The position numbers and the translations under genes are program-made. A DNA stretch of 64,000 nt from the NCBI GenBank assembly GCA_046485075.1, contig JAWOHR010000091.1, positions 19,668 through 83,667 of the forward strand, written 5' to 3'. Source of the DNA: Bacteroidales bacterium. Its GTDB lineage: Bacteria; Bacteroidota; Bacteroidia; Bacteroidales; GCA-2748055. Position 1 is the first letter of the stretch. Each line of letters starts with the position of its first letter. Positions 20,707-34,985 of this stretch are shown here, in pieces. The notes beneath the pieces are model-generated. The model saw only the letters and a list, made by a program, of their open reading frames with translations, searched no databases and had not been told where the DNA came from.

Positions 20707-21123
20707 TCAGTGAACTGAACTTCCTGTTCCCAGTATGATGCAAATGTACTCCTCTTCTCCAATCAATCCTTTTCCTGCCAGAATAAGTTGACCATCAACA
20801 AAATCATATCTCCCTGAAAATGAGTTATCCTTTTCTGGCATTTCCCAGAACAGGCTATTCTCTTCTTCACCTATTGCCCAGCTGCCTATGGAAAAGAAGG
20901 CTCCTGGTTCCTCTATTTTTACGGTATCATTTGAGTTGAAACTGAAGATAAATATTCTGTCACCCAACAGATTCACATCGTGGACATACCATTCAACAGC
21001 TTGCCAAGCACCAATTATTTTGGAGGAAAACTCGCTACTACTATACTCCCTTATTTCAACATTACACTGTGAATATGAGTGAACCGAAAACGCGAATAAA
21101 ATAATGCAGGCTGTCAGTTTCAT
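20707..21123 (-). CDS. Secreted hypothetical protein (lipocalin-like)
   Basis: Signal peptide ending YSQ; IIGAW motif typical of lipocalin-like folds. Confidence 0.55.
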   Translation of the reverse strand: MKLTACIILFAFSVHSYSQCNVEIREYSSSEFSSKIIGAWQAVEWYVHDVNLLGDRIFIFSFNSNDTVKIEEPGAFFSIGSWAIGEEENSLFWEMPEKDNSFSGRYDFVDGQLILAGKGLIGEEEYICIILGTGSSVH

Positions 21124-21240
21124 GATTTAAAATTTTAAGTTTAAATATTATTTCCATTTCAGAAGAGGGTTAATGGTGGTATCAGCTGAGCTATGAATAA
21201 GACGTATAAGCCAGTAATTTTGTTGACTTTAGAAAGTTTT

Positions 21241-21269
21241 AAAAAAAAACTCCTGGCAATCACCAGGAG
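21241..21269 (-). terminator. Intrinsic terminator-like hairpin
   Basis: Minus strand reads CTCCTGG-TGATTG-CCAGGAG followed by T9. Confidence 0.65.
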
Positions 21270-21277
21270 CCTGAACT

Positions 21278-22708
21278 GTGAAGCTTGATATTTTTGTTAT
21301 TTTGAAAAAACATCAGAAGACGGATTCTTCCTTTTCAATCTTAAGTGATAAGTACAATCATTATCTGCGGATAAAACAAAAAGCTCCAAACCCAAATCAA
21401 TTTAAAAATACTGATGTCGCAAAGCAGCAGCTTATTATGGTTTTTGCTGAAGAAATAGACAAGGACGAATATCGGTATGACAGTAAAGGGAACCTGCTGG
21501 AGGATCTATATTATGAATGGAATACCGACCATTGGGAAAACTCAATGAAATATGAATTCACCTATGATACTGATGGAAACAAAACATTGAATGTCAGTTA
21601 TCTGTGGAATGGGAGCGGGTGGGAAAACACCGCCGAAAAAGATGAATACACCTATGATAATCATGGAGATCAAATCCAGCACATTAACTCCTTGTGGGTC
21701 GGCAACCAGTACGAGAGTTTCATAAAGAATATGTTCACCTATGATATCAACAGAAATAATACGCAGGTTGTACAGTATCTTTGGGACGGCAGCGAGTGGG
21801 CAAACTGGTCGAAGGATGAATTCATTTATGATAACAAAAATATGCTGACCATGAGTGTAATTTATGATTGGGATGGAAGCCAGTGGATAAACACCAATAA
21901 ATACGATTTTATTTATGATTCCAATGATCAGATGACTGAAATCATTTCCGCGGAATGGGATGGCGACAATTGGATGAAAACAGGAAAATACACGGACATT
22001 TATGATTCCAACGGAAAGATTACAGAATCCTATTTTTCGAAGTGGGAAGCTGAACAGTGGGTCATATTTGGAATTATAAACTATACTTATGATTCCAGCG
22101 GAAACCTGGTATTATATGTTGTTAATTTAGAGGACTCCATCATATATCGGGAAGAATCGGTTTACGATGAATTAGGAAACAGAACGGAGAATGCAATTTT
22201 TGAATTGAATATGGATTCCGGTCTGCTGGAAAAAGCCTTGAAAAATGAATATACCTATGACAATAGTTTTTCGTATGAGGATCTGATTTTACCAATCGCC
22301 TTCATTGAGGTAGAAGGTGGGTTTGACGAGGAACTGATATTTAAGCACAAGCTGATGCACTTGATCAATTACGAGGGTGATGGTGAAAGCTGGGTTTTCG
22401 ATAGTGATTATTTCTTAGAGTATTCTGAACAGGAAATAACCGGCATTAGGGAATCAAAGTCCGAAAACCAGTTAAGCCTCTATCCGAACCCTGCTAACGG
22501 CCAGGTAACATTCACCCTTGATTCAGCCGTTGACCGGTTTAGGGTAGAGATATTCGATATCCAGGGAAAAATGGTAATCAGTCAGACCGTTGAAAACAAC
22601 AAACCTGTTTCAATTGAGTCTCTCCATGAGGAAATTTATTTCTACCGCCTGAATGCGCAGGGTCAACCCTATTCCGGGAAATTAATGGTGAAGAAACACC
22701 AAAAATAA
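21278..22708 (+). CDS. T9SS-secreted repeat protein (about 29-aa 'K.EYTYD..GN......W....W' repeats, DUF3836-like); N-terminus possibly truncated
   Basis: About 8-9 tandem repeats; C-terminal LYPNPA...DIQGK...YFYRL...GKLMVK; no signal peptide after the GTG start. Confidence 0.75.
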   Translation: MKLDIFVILKKHQKTDSSFSILSDKYNHYLRIKQKAPNPNQFKNTDVAKQQLIMVFAEEIDKDEYRYDSKGNLLEDLYYEWNTDHWENSMKYEFTYDTDGNKTLNVSYLWNGSGWENTAEKDEYTYDNHGDQIQHINSLWVGNQYESFIKNMFTYDINRNNTQVVQYLWDGSEWANWSKDEFIYDNKNMLTMSVIYDWDGSQWINTNKYDFIYDSNDQMTEIISAEWDGDNWMKTGKYTDIYDSNGKITESYFSKWEAEQWVIFGIINYTYDSSGNLVLYVVNLEDSIIYREESVYDELGNRTENAIFELNMDSGLLEKALKNEYTYDNSFSYEDLILPIAFIEVEGGFDEELIFKHKLMHLINYEGDGESWVFDSDYFLEYSEQEITGIRESKSENQLSLYPNPANGQVTFTLDSAVDRFRVEIFDIQGKMVISQTVENNKPVSIESLHEEIYFYRLNAQGQPYSGKLMVKKHQK

Positions 22709-22823
22709 ATCGACAGCCGATTGGCACTTCAAACCGAGGCTGGAAAACTAAATTTTTTGACTCCTATTTGCACTGGATAACTAAATCTAATTCTGTATAT
22801 TTGGATTGGAATACTAAACAATT

Positions 22824-24134
22824 ATGGATAGATATATTTATTCTGACCTGAAAAACTGGAAAAGTCAGGAAAGGAGAAAGCCATTGTTATTAAGAGGTGC
22901 CAGACAAGTCGGCAAAACCTGGCTGGTGGAGAAACTGGGGAAGGAGGCGTTTGAATTCTTCCTGAAAATCGACTTTGAAGAAGATCCCGGATGGGTTTCT
23001 TTATTTGAAGGAGATTTGAATCCCCAAAAAATATGCTCGGAGCTTGAATTGAGAACGGGCATCGATATGATTGCCGGAAAGACTCTGCTTTTTATTGATG
23101 AAATTCAAATATGTCCGAGAGCAATCATGGCACTCAGGTATTTTTATGAGAAGATGCCTGACCTTCATGTAATAGCAGCTGGCTCACTTTTGGAATTTAT
23201 ATTGGGCGACATTTCGTTTCCAGTGGGACGTATTCAATCTATGGAACTTCATCCAATGAATTTTTCAGAATTTCTTTTGGCTTCCAATTTTAAGAAAGCA
23301 GCAGAAATTTGTAACGGACCAATTTCTGAAGTTTCTTTAGCTACCCATGAATTCCTGATCGAACAGCTTCGGATTTATTGGTTAGTCGGGGGAATGCCCG
23401 AATGCATAAAAGAATATGTAAAAACAAAATCAATTAAAAAAGCAACAGGTGTTCAGGATGAGATTAGGGACACCTACCTGATGGATTTTGGAAAATACAA
23501 ACCAAGAACGGATGTAAATTGCTTAACAACAGTTTTTTCAGGGATTGCCGCCAGTGTGGGAAAACAGATCAAATATACCGGCCTTTCGAAAGATGCTTCC
23601 ATTCCCACAATAAAAAAGGCATATGAAAGCCTGATAATGGCCCGAATAGCCAGGAAGGTAAAATCGGTAAGTTCACCCGGAATTCCATTGGAGGTAAATG
23701 CTTCTGACAGAAAATTCAAAAATGTATTTCTTGATATCGGATTGATGAATCGGATTATGGGAATCGATTATAATGAAACTTTAGATCATCATAACTTGCT
23801 GGTTATCTATCGTGGTCAGCTGGCAGAGCAATTTGTCGGACAGGAATTTGTTGTTGCATTAAATAACCAGCTTTATTATTGGTCGAGGGATGCAAAGAAT
23901 AGCAGTGCTGAAGTTGATTTCTTAATTCAAAAGGAAGGTAGCTTTATTCCTGTGGAGGTGAAAGATGGTCCATCAGGTAAGTTAAGAAGCCTGCATCTTT
24001 ACAGGAATGCCTATATTCCACCTTACTCCGTTGTGTTTCATTCCGGACCAACCGGTAATCTGCCTGAGGAAAACATCATCTTCTTACCCCTCTATTTTGC
24101 CGGTTCTTTTGCCCGTCACGGGTTTAATAATTGA
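22824..24134 (+). CDS. AAA_14 ATPase with DUF4143 domain
   Basis: GARQVGKT Walker A, LFIDEIQ Walker B, AAGS, VGGMP, LDIGL, EVDF..., PVEVK; TATATTTG at 22796-22803. Confidence 0.9.
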   Translation: MDRYIYSDLKNWKSQERRKPLLLRGARQVGKTWLVEKLGKEAFEFFLKIDFEEDPGWVSLFEGDLNPQKICSELELRTGIDMIAGKTLLFIDEIQICPRAIMALRYFYEKMPDLHVIAAGSLLEFILGDISFPVGRIQSMELHPMNFSEFLLASNFKKAAEICNGPISEVSLATHEFLIEQLRIYWLVGGMPECIKEYVKTKSIKKATGVQDEIRDTYLMDFGKYKPRTDVNCLTTVFSGIAASVGKQIKYTGLSKDASIPTIKKAYESLIMARIARKVKSVSSPGIPLEVNASDRKFKNVFLDIGLMNRIMGIDYNETLDHHNLLVIYRGQLAEQFVGQEFVVALNNQLYYWSRDAKNSSAEVDFLIQKEGSFIPVEVKDGPSGKLRSLHLYRNAYIPPYSVVFHSGPTGNLPEENIIFLPLYFAGSFARHGFNN

Positions 24135-24155
24135 TCTGGAGCTAATTCCATCTGC

Positions 24156-25403
24156 CTAATTCACGATTAATTTATGAGTTATGGGCCTTTGGTCTTGGCT
24201 CAGGATGGTGATAAGGTATAGTCCGCTTTTAAAATCACCCACATCCATACACAATTCATGATGGTTTCTGATGACCGGTCCGGTCCGGATGATCTGTCCT
24301 GAAGTACTGGTGATGATTACCTCCGGTTGTCCGGAATAATCATGCCTGATATGAAGGAAATCTGAGGCAGGATTCGGATATAAGTTTGCTTGATCGCGGA
24401 TACCGGATTCGGAGATGGCTAATGAAACATCATTGCCGCACAAACCGGTTGTGAAAATATTCAGATCCGTATATTTGCCATGAATGGTTTTGAGGAGGGA
24501 ATAATCATCAAAGGAGTCCTGACCGATTTCCCAGATCATGATTCCGCCCACTTCATTACCGGCGAGTTCTACCTTCGCTTCGATGGTAGGTCGCCCGTTA
24601 TAATATGCAGTTCCCACCTGGTCCAACTCCGCATAACTCACGTCCAGGGCAACCATGCTGGCATAGGTCACAGCATTCACGGTGGATGGGTCGATGAAAT
24701 CATATCCATAAAAGGGAACGCCAAGATTAAGTTTATCTCCGGGGATACCGACATTATTTTTCCAAAAGTTAATTCCCTTGGTGGAATAGTTGTATGAACT
24801 ATGCTGACCTGGAGATGCAGGGCTCCATGGTCCGGTGGCATCATAGGACATGATATTGATAAAGTCAAATGCTTCCAATGCGGTTTTGGAAACATTGCCG
24901 AACAATGTTTGATTCGGAAATGCTGCTGAAAGTATTTTGTCATGAGGGTCTAAAGCGGTTGCCAATTCTGTGACAAAACCACTGTAGCCCGATGTAACAA
25001 GGTCCCATTCCAGGTCTATATCCACGCCATCCAGATGATTAGCAAGCACATAGTCTACAATTTTAGCTATGAATGCAGGCCTGTTGGCGGGGATGTCGAT
25101 TAATTCGGACCAATCACTTACCTGTTGTGCGGTTAGTCCGGCCCCGGCAAATGAGATGCAGATCATGATATTTGGATTATCACTCAATGCATCTGCCATC
25201 ACTGCATCAATGGCTGGCATCACAATGTTTCCGGCACTGTCGGGATTTGCAAAGCACAGGTTTAAATGAGTCAGTTTGCAATATTCGATCTGACTGCCTG
25301 AAGAGAACCGGTATGCCGGCAGGTATCCGACCACCCGGGCAGTCTGACCAAACGATATGACTCCGGTCATACAAAGGGCAACTGCAATCAGGAATTTTCT
25401 CAT
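24156..25403 (-). CDS. GH18 chitinase-like hydrolase with T9SS CTD
   Basis: RVVGY, DGVDIDLE (intact DxDxE), MSYD, GVPFYG, GIMIWE; LYPNPA...GLYLI. ATG 25403 precedes a signal peptide. Confidence 0.88.
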   Translation of the reverse strand: MRKFLIAVALCMTGVISFGQTARVVGYLPAYRFSSGSQIEYCKLTHLNLCFANPDSAGNIVMPAIDAVMADALSDNPNIMICISFAGAGLTAQQVSDWSELIDIPANRPAFIAKIVDYVLANHLDGVDIDLEWDLVTSGYSGFVTELATALDPHDKILSAAFPNQTLFGNVSKTALEAFDFINIMSYDATGPWSPASPGQHSSYNYSTKGINFWKNNVGIPGDKLNLGVPFYGYDFIDPSTVNAVTYASMVALDVSYAELDQVGTAYYNGRPTIEAKVELAGNEVGGIMIWEIGQDSFDDYSLLKTIHGKYTDLNIFTTGLCGNDVSLAISESGIRDQANLYPNPASDFLHIRHDYSGQPEVIITSTSGQIIRTGPVIRNHHELCMDVGDFKSGLYLITILSQDQRPITHKLIVN

Positions 25404-25443
25404 AGGCAAAATTGGTTCAATCAAAGAAAATCATTTGATCTCG

Positions 25444-27561
25444 TTAATCCACCATAAACTCTCTGGTGCTTCTGATCTTTTCTCCCCGATATTCAATGGA
25501 GGCCTCAAGAATGTTCAGGCCTGCCTGTGCGGGAATTACCAGATCGGCCTGGAACACTTTCCTTTGAAGTGCTTCCAGTTTGTAATCGTATGTGGAAACC
25601 AGGGTGGTGTTTCCCTCATGGGTCAGGGTCAGCTCGACCTGGCCCTCCACCGGTTCATAGGTATCGTTGAGTACATGAATGGGGAATGAGATCCCTTCTT
25701 TGGCTTTCAGTTTCAGATCCCACAGTTCAAGGGTTACCCCTACCGGGCTGAATGACTGCCTGGTGTACTTTTCAAAATAGGGAGCGAAAGTGAGGTTTTC
25801 CACATCTATGAAATTGTCGCTTGTGAATCCCAGTGGTCCCTCCGTACGGGAGTAACCAAGTCCGCAGAAGTGAAGTACTCCCGCACAAGTACCATTGGCC
25901 CGCCAGAATTCAGTCTGCTTGGCCAGCTCTTTGGCGTAAACCTCATACCGCTTGTCGGGAGTATCGGCTCCCGGAAAGAGATCTGCATACAGCCTCTGGG
26001 TCAGACGGGTGGGAGATCCGTCCCTGTTTAGCCACAACCAGCAATATTCATTGATAATGGTTGCATTTCCATACTTCTTCCCCTCTGGCAGCGGATCACG
26101 TTCATTGGGACCATTCCCTGAAAGCATTCCGGGCTTCAGGGTATCTCTGAGAAGCCCCCGCTCGGAGGGGTATCCCGTCCAGGCGTAGTCCACATAGAGA
26201 TAAGGGTGTGTTTCGATCACATCGGTGACCCGCACGGGAGCGGCCCATCCGTTATCCCACGGACGGTTCGACAGATCCATCTTCCGCACCATCTCCAGGG
26301 CTTTCCCGGTGGTGTCATTGACCGATTCGTTGTTGGAATCCCAGATCACAACACAGGGATGATTCCACCTTTCGCGCATCCATGCTATATATTCACCGGC
26401 AAGGCGGGAGGAGGTGACCCCTTTCAGCTGCATTTCATACCCTCCTTCGGTCCCGGTCCATATGGGATACTCATCCTGGATCAGGAAACCGAGACTGTCC
26501 GCAATCTCGTACCACCGCTCGGGCGGGAACCCAATGCAATACCTGATGCTGTTCCAGTTCATCTGCTTGAACTTGTTGTGGAGGGCAGTAGACCAGGTCT
26601 CATTCCAGGGCAAACCGTTTCGCTCGGGGTCTTCAAAAAACCGGAAGATGCACACGTTGGTCCCCCGCATGTAATAAGGCTGGCCATTGAGAATTACCAG
26701 TCCACGCTCCGGGTCCGTGGCGAATGATCTCATACCAAAACGGGTCCCGGCATTGTCCCCTGCCGTGGAGAGATCCACCCGGTATAAAAAAGGATCCTCA
26801 GGCGACCAGAGCCGGGCATCGGGAATGTCAGCTTTAAAATCGATCTTCACCATTCCACCCTGCTTCTTCTTTACCTTTCCCCTTGCCACCAGCTTTCCTG
26901 AAGCCAGCTCGGTGATGGCATAGGACATTCCCTTCCACCGGGTATCCACACCGGTCAACACTTCGGCAACCACCCGCAGCTCGCCGCTTTCAATCAGAGG
27001 GACAGCCTGGATGTTGGAGATAAAGGGATTACCCGTGAGGATCAGCGATACGTCATCGTAAATCCCGGGGATATACTTGATCTTTTCAAAATCCTCTCCA
27101 TGGGTCACCGTATCGGGAAGGTTGTTTTTGCATCCTACGGCGATAATCAGTTCATTCTCTTCACCCCCGAATTTCAGGAACGGTTTCACCTCCAGCCAGG
27201 AGGGAGTAAAATTGCAGGTATTCTCTCCCACAAAGTTCCCATTCAGGTAGACCCGGGTATGGTACCTGGCCTTGTTGATTTTGATCAGTGCCACCGGTGT
27301 GGCCTTCTGGTTCACAGAAAAGGTTCTCCTGTACCAGTAAACAGAATTTTCATAGGTGGTATCCTGTTCATCCAGGACTGGCATTGACATATCCACCAGT
27401 CCTGGCACCTGCACCCTGCCCGGGAACTCCGACGGTATTTCCATAGAAACACCGCTTTTTGCCAGCTCCCAGGAGCCGTTAAGAGTGATTACCTGACGTT
27501 TGTCCTCCCGGCCGGTACAACCCAAAAGGAACAGGAAAAGCAGTAAGGGGGTTAGTTTCAT
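25444..27561 (-). CDS. GH2-family glycoside hydrolase lipoprotein
   Basis: LLGC lipobox, ITLNGSW, WYRRTF, LWSPEDPFLY, FGMR, WDSNNE, INEY. Confidence 0.85.
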   Translation of the reverse strand: MKLTPLLLFLFLLGCTGREDKRQVITLNGSWELAKSGVSMEIPSEFPGRVQVPGLVDMSMPVLDEQDTTYENSVYWYRRTFSVNQKATPVALIKINKARYHTRVYLNGNFVGENTCNFTPSWLEVKPFLKFGGEENELIIAVGCKNNLPDTVTHGEDFEKIKYIPGIYDDVSLILTGNPFISNIQAVPLIESGELRVVAEVLTGVDTRWKGMSYAITELASGKLVARGKVKKKQGGMVKIDFKADIPDARLWSPEDPFLYRVDLSTAGDNAGTRFGMRSFATDPERGLVILNGQPYYMRGTNVCIFRFFEDPERNGLPWNETWSTALHNKFKQMNWNSIRYCIGFPPERWYEIADSLGFLIQDEYPIWTGTEGGYEMQLKGVTSSRLAGEYIAWMRERWNHPCVVIWDSNNESVNDTTGKALEMVRKMDLSNRPWDNGWAAPVRVTDVIETHPYLYVDYAWTGYPSERGLLRDTLKPGMLSGNGPNERDPLPEGKKYGNATIINEYCWLWLNRDGSPTRLTQRLYADLFPGADTPDKRYEVYAKELAKQTEFWRANGTCAGVLHFCGLGYSRTEGPLGFTSDNFIDVENLTFAPYFEKYTRQSFSPVGVTLELWDLKLKAKEGISFPIHVLNDTYEPVEGQVELTLTHEGNTTLVSTYDYKLEALQRKVFQADLVIPAQAGLNILEASIEYRGEKIRSTREFMVD

Positions 27562-27720
27562 CTTTTATATCTTTGAATCATCCGTTGAACCTGATGCGAT
27601 GCAAAGCAGGGACCTGGCTCACCAAGATAACAAATGTCTGGTAATTGCCATTTATTGACTTTACAGCTTGAAGGTTGTAAATTTATCCTGGAATACCAGC
27701 ATAACCAGTATTTCCGGAAT

Positions 27721-28452
27721 ATGAAGTCGCTTTATACACTGATTCTTACTTTCATTTTTATCTCAGGGGCTGGACAGCATCCGGCTTTTGAGGAGCGGAC
27801 GGATGAACGGCTTCTCATGGTTAGAAAATATATTGAGAAAGACCCCCACATGCCCATGGAAAATGGAGCTGTACTGGAGGCATTGCGCCGGGTTCCCAGG
27901 CATGTTTTTGTTCCCGAGGAACTCCGGGAGTTTGCATATGAGAACCGTCCGCTTCCCATCGGTTATAATCAAACGATTTCCCAACCCGCTATTGTTGCAC
28001 ACATGACCGAATTGCTGGAGATTGAGGCGGCACATAAGGTACTGGAGATTGGAACCGGCAGCGGATACCAGACAGCCGTGCTCGCCGAACTAAGCAACTC
28101 GGTATACACCATTGAGATCATCCCCGCGCTGGGTGAAAGGGCAGCAATGGTGCTCAGGGAACTGGGATATGATCAAATCCGGATCCGGATCGGGAACGGT
28201 TATGAGGGATGGCCGGAGCAGGCTCCTTTCGACCGCATGATCGTAACCTGTGCTCCCGATGATGTTCCTGAAACCCTTTTAGAGCAGCTGGCTCCTGAAG
28301 GGCGTATTGTCATCCCCGTTGGAAATCCCTACGAGACCCAGTACCTGGTTGTTGTTAAAAAAAACAGTAAGGGCAGGATTATCACCGAGAAGCTGTATCC
28401 GGTCAGGTTCGTTCCCATGCTTGGGAAGACTTTGCAACCAGGAGAGCATTAA
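27721..28452 (+). CDS. pcm: Protein-L-isoaspartate O-methyltransferase
   Basis: VPRHVFV, LPIGYNQTISQP, VLEIGTGSGYQ, APFDR, VRFVPM. ATG 27721 preferred. Confidence 0.92.
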   Translation: MKSLYTLILTFIFISGAGQHPAFEERTDERLLMVRKYIEKDPHMPMENGAVLEALRRVPRHVFVPEELREFAYENRPLPIGYNQTISQPAIVAHMTELLEIEAAHKVLEIGTGSGYQTAVLAELSNSVYTIEIIPALGERAAMVLRELGYDQIRIRIGNGYEGWPEQAPFDRMIVTCAPDDVPETLLEQLAPEGRIVIPVGNPYETQYLVVVKKNSKGRIITEKLYPVRFVPMLGKTLQPGEH

Positions 28453-28521
28453 GATAGGAGATAATTCAAAGCCGATGGCTTGACTTTCTTGCCGGATTGA
28501 CTTAATTTTCATAGATCATAA

Positions 28522-29109
28522 ATGCCTACGATGCAAACAAAGTTCATCCTGGCTTCCTTACTATTGATTTGCCTGGTTCCCGGGTTGAGCGGATCTGGCA
28601 ACCCCGATACAGTCAAAAATCTCAATTTTGGGTCCGTAGGTGTGGGTTACGGCACCGGGTTCTTCTGCTCAGGCGGGTTCACCCATATGGTTCACGTGGT
28701 CGGAATGAGCATCTCCATGAGTGCGCTCTGGGACCGGGCAAATGAGCTTCCCGAAGATTACACCGGTTTTTTCAGGCATGACAACGTGTATACGATCTCC
28801 TTCAGGGGAGCCTTCGGGGGAAACCCTGATGAAAACGGGAATACATGGGTGGGCATTGAAATTGGCCCTTCCTATGTAAATTTCAGAAAGGAGGTGGAGA
28901 CCCCGAATCCCGATTATGGATGGTTATATTTGGATAAATATCTCAGGGACAATCTCGTCTTTCATACGATCGGACTCTCGGGACGGTTGAAAGCTGATTT
29001 CATGTTTTCCCGAAATTTAGGGATGGAGATTGCCATCGGATTTAACCTGAACAAGTATAAATCCACGGTTGGAATCGAAAGCAGTTTTCTCTTCGGCAAG
29101 TTAAAATAG
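28522..29109 (+). CDS. Secreted hypothetical protein, possibly an outer-membrane beta-barrel
   Basis: Signal peptide and alternating beta-strand-like patterns toward the C-terminus. Confidence 0.5.
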   Translation: MPTMQTKFILASLLLICLVPGLSGSGNPDTVKNLNFGSVGVGYGTGFFCSGGFTHMVHVVGMSISMSALWDRANELPEDYTGFFRHDNVYTISFRGAFGGNPDENGNTWVGIEIGPSYVNFRKEVETPNPDYGWLYLDKYLRDNLVFHTIGLSGRLKADFMFSRNLGMEIAIGFNLNKYKSTVGIESSFLFGKLK

Positions 29110-29291
29110 TCCCGGGGCAGGCCTTCAGGCGCGGCTTCATGAGGCCCAACAAATCCATCGGAATGACTCCTTAGGGTTTGGTTTCAGGAATATTAACCCG
29201 GCTTTAAAACCCTTACGGGGCAGATCATTGCATTTTAAGACGATCTTCACTACGTTTACCAGGTACGGCAATGAAACAATAACAAGAAATC

Positions 29292-33366
<4,075 letters not shown>

Positions 33367-33375
33367 ATCACTCAT

Positions 33376-34962
33376 ATGAAATCACCCTTACTCCTTTTAA
33401 TGGGCCTGTCCGGTTTCAGCATGTCTGCCCAGGTTCACGACAATCCCTTTGCTGTCAATCCGGATCCTGATGAACGGGTGACTTACAGAAATCCGGTCCT
33501 GACCGGTTTTTACAGCGATCCAAGCGTCTGCAGGGTTGGAGAAGATTATTACCTTGTCACAAGTACATTCGAGTATTTTCCGGGGGTTCCGGTATTTCAC
33601 AGCAAAGACCTGGTCAACTGGGAACAAATCGGTCACTGTATAGATCGTGAAGATCAGCTACCGGAGGGCATGAATATTTTCGCATCTACAATCAGGTACC
33701 ATGAGGGAACCTTTTATATGATCACAACCAATGTGGGCCGGGGAGGGAATTTTTACATGACGGCCACTGATCCTGCAGGTCCCTGGTCCGACCCGGTTTG
33801 GATCGATGTTCCGGGCATAGATCCGGATCTTTTCTTTGATGATAACGGAAAAACATATGTGATATCGTCACCTTTTATGCTGTATGAAATTGATCTCAGG
33901 AGCGGAGAACTGCTTACCCAGGGGAAGAAAGTATGGTTTGGAACCGGAGGACGATATGCCGAGGGACCTCATATCTATAAGAAAGACGGGTACTATTACC
34001 TGATGGCTGCAGAAGGGGGCACGGAGGAAGCCCATTCTGAAACCATCGCAAGAAGCAATACCATCTGGGGGCCCTATTCTGAAAATCCGGCCAACCCGAT
34101 CCTGGCGCATGCCAATGCAGCCGGGCAGAACAGCCCGATCCAGGGAGTGGGACACGCAGATATTATACAGGCTCATGATGGTTCGTGGTGGATGGTATTT
34201 CATGGCTATCGAAAATCCACACCATACCCGGTTCATCATATACTGGGAAGGGAAACCTGCCTGGCACCGGTTTCCTGGCCCCGGAACGGATGGCCCGTTG
34301 TGAATGGAAATGGCACCGCCACGATAGATATGACCTGCCAGACCCTGCCCCTGTTGCCTTCTCCGAAGAAACCGGAAAAGGACGAATTCGAAAGTACAGA
34401 TCCGGGATTTGAGTGGAATTACCTCCAGGTACCGGAAAACAAAGAGCTGTTTTATAAGTTTAAGGAGGGTGCGCTGGGTTTATTGGGATCGGCAAAACGA
34501 ATCGGGGAGGAAGGATCCCCCACCTTTATGGGCAGAAGGCTTCAGAATTTGGATTTTGAGGCCAGCACACGTGTTGAATTTGATCCACAGGGCGAAAATG
34601 AAGAAGCGGGAATCATCCTGCTCAACAACCTTCAGCATTTTGATATCCTGGTCAGCCGCAAAGGTGAGCAGAGGGTGGTATATGTGAAACTGCAGTTTGG
34701 CAACATCATCCATACTTCCAAAGAAATTTCACTTAAGGACGGTCCTGTAAACCTGAGGATCAAAGGCCAGGGATCTTCATTTATCTTCTCCTGTTCCCAG
34801 GGTGGTGCCTATGTGGATCTTGAAACCGTCGATTCGAGGTTCCTGAGCACGGAAACAGTCGGCTGGTTTACCGGAGTATATGTAGGGATGTATGCAACGG
34901 GAAATGGAAAACAGTGTGCAGAACCTGCATTCTTTGACTATTTTGAATATGAAGGCTTTTAA
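33376..34962 (+). CDS. GH43 beta-xylosidase/arabinofuranosidase with C-terminal beta-sandwich
   Basis: NPVLTGFYSDPS, IDPDLF, AEGPHIY, GHAD, LGRET, GWFTG. Confidence 0.9.
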   Translation: MKSPLLLLMGLSGFSMSAQVHDNPFAVNPDPDERVTYRNPVLTGFYSDPSVCRVGEDYYLVTSTFEYFPGVPVFHSKDLVNWEQIGHCIDREDQLPEGMNIFASTIRYHEGTFYMITTNVGRGGNFYMTATDPAGPWSDPVWIDVPGIDPDLFFDDNGKTYVISSPFMLYEIDLRSGELLTQGKKVWFGTGGRYAEGPHIYKKDGYYYLMAAEGGTEEAHSETIARSNTIWGPYSENPANPILAHANAAGQNSPIQGVGHADIIQAHDGSWWMVFHGYRKSTPYPVHHILGRETCLAPVSWPRNGWPVVNGNGTATIDMTCQTLPLLPSPKKPEKDEFESTDPGFEWNYLQVPENKELFYKFKEGALGLLGSAKRIGEEGSPTFMGRRLQNLDFEASTRVEFDPQGENEEAGIILLNNLQHFDILVSRKGEQRVVYVKLQFGNIIHTSKEISLKDGPVNLRIKGQGSSFIFSCSQGGAYVDLETVDSRFLSTETVGWFTGVYVGMYATGNGKQCAEPAFFDYFEYEGF

Positions 34963-34985
34963 TCACCAAATCATGCTTTCTCACT

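Noticed and set aside
29110-29230. CCCTTACGGG and small hairpins resembling part of the array repeat
   Set aside because: Only a 10-nt match with none of the flanking repeat sequence; compatible with chance.
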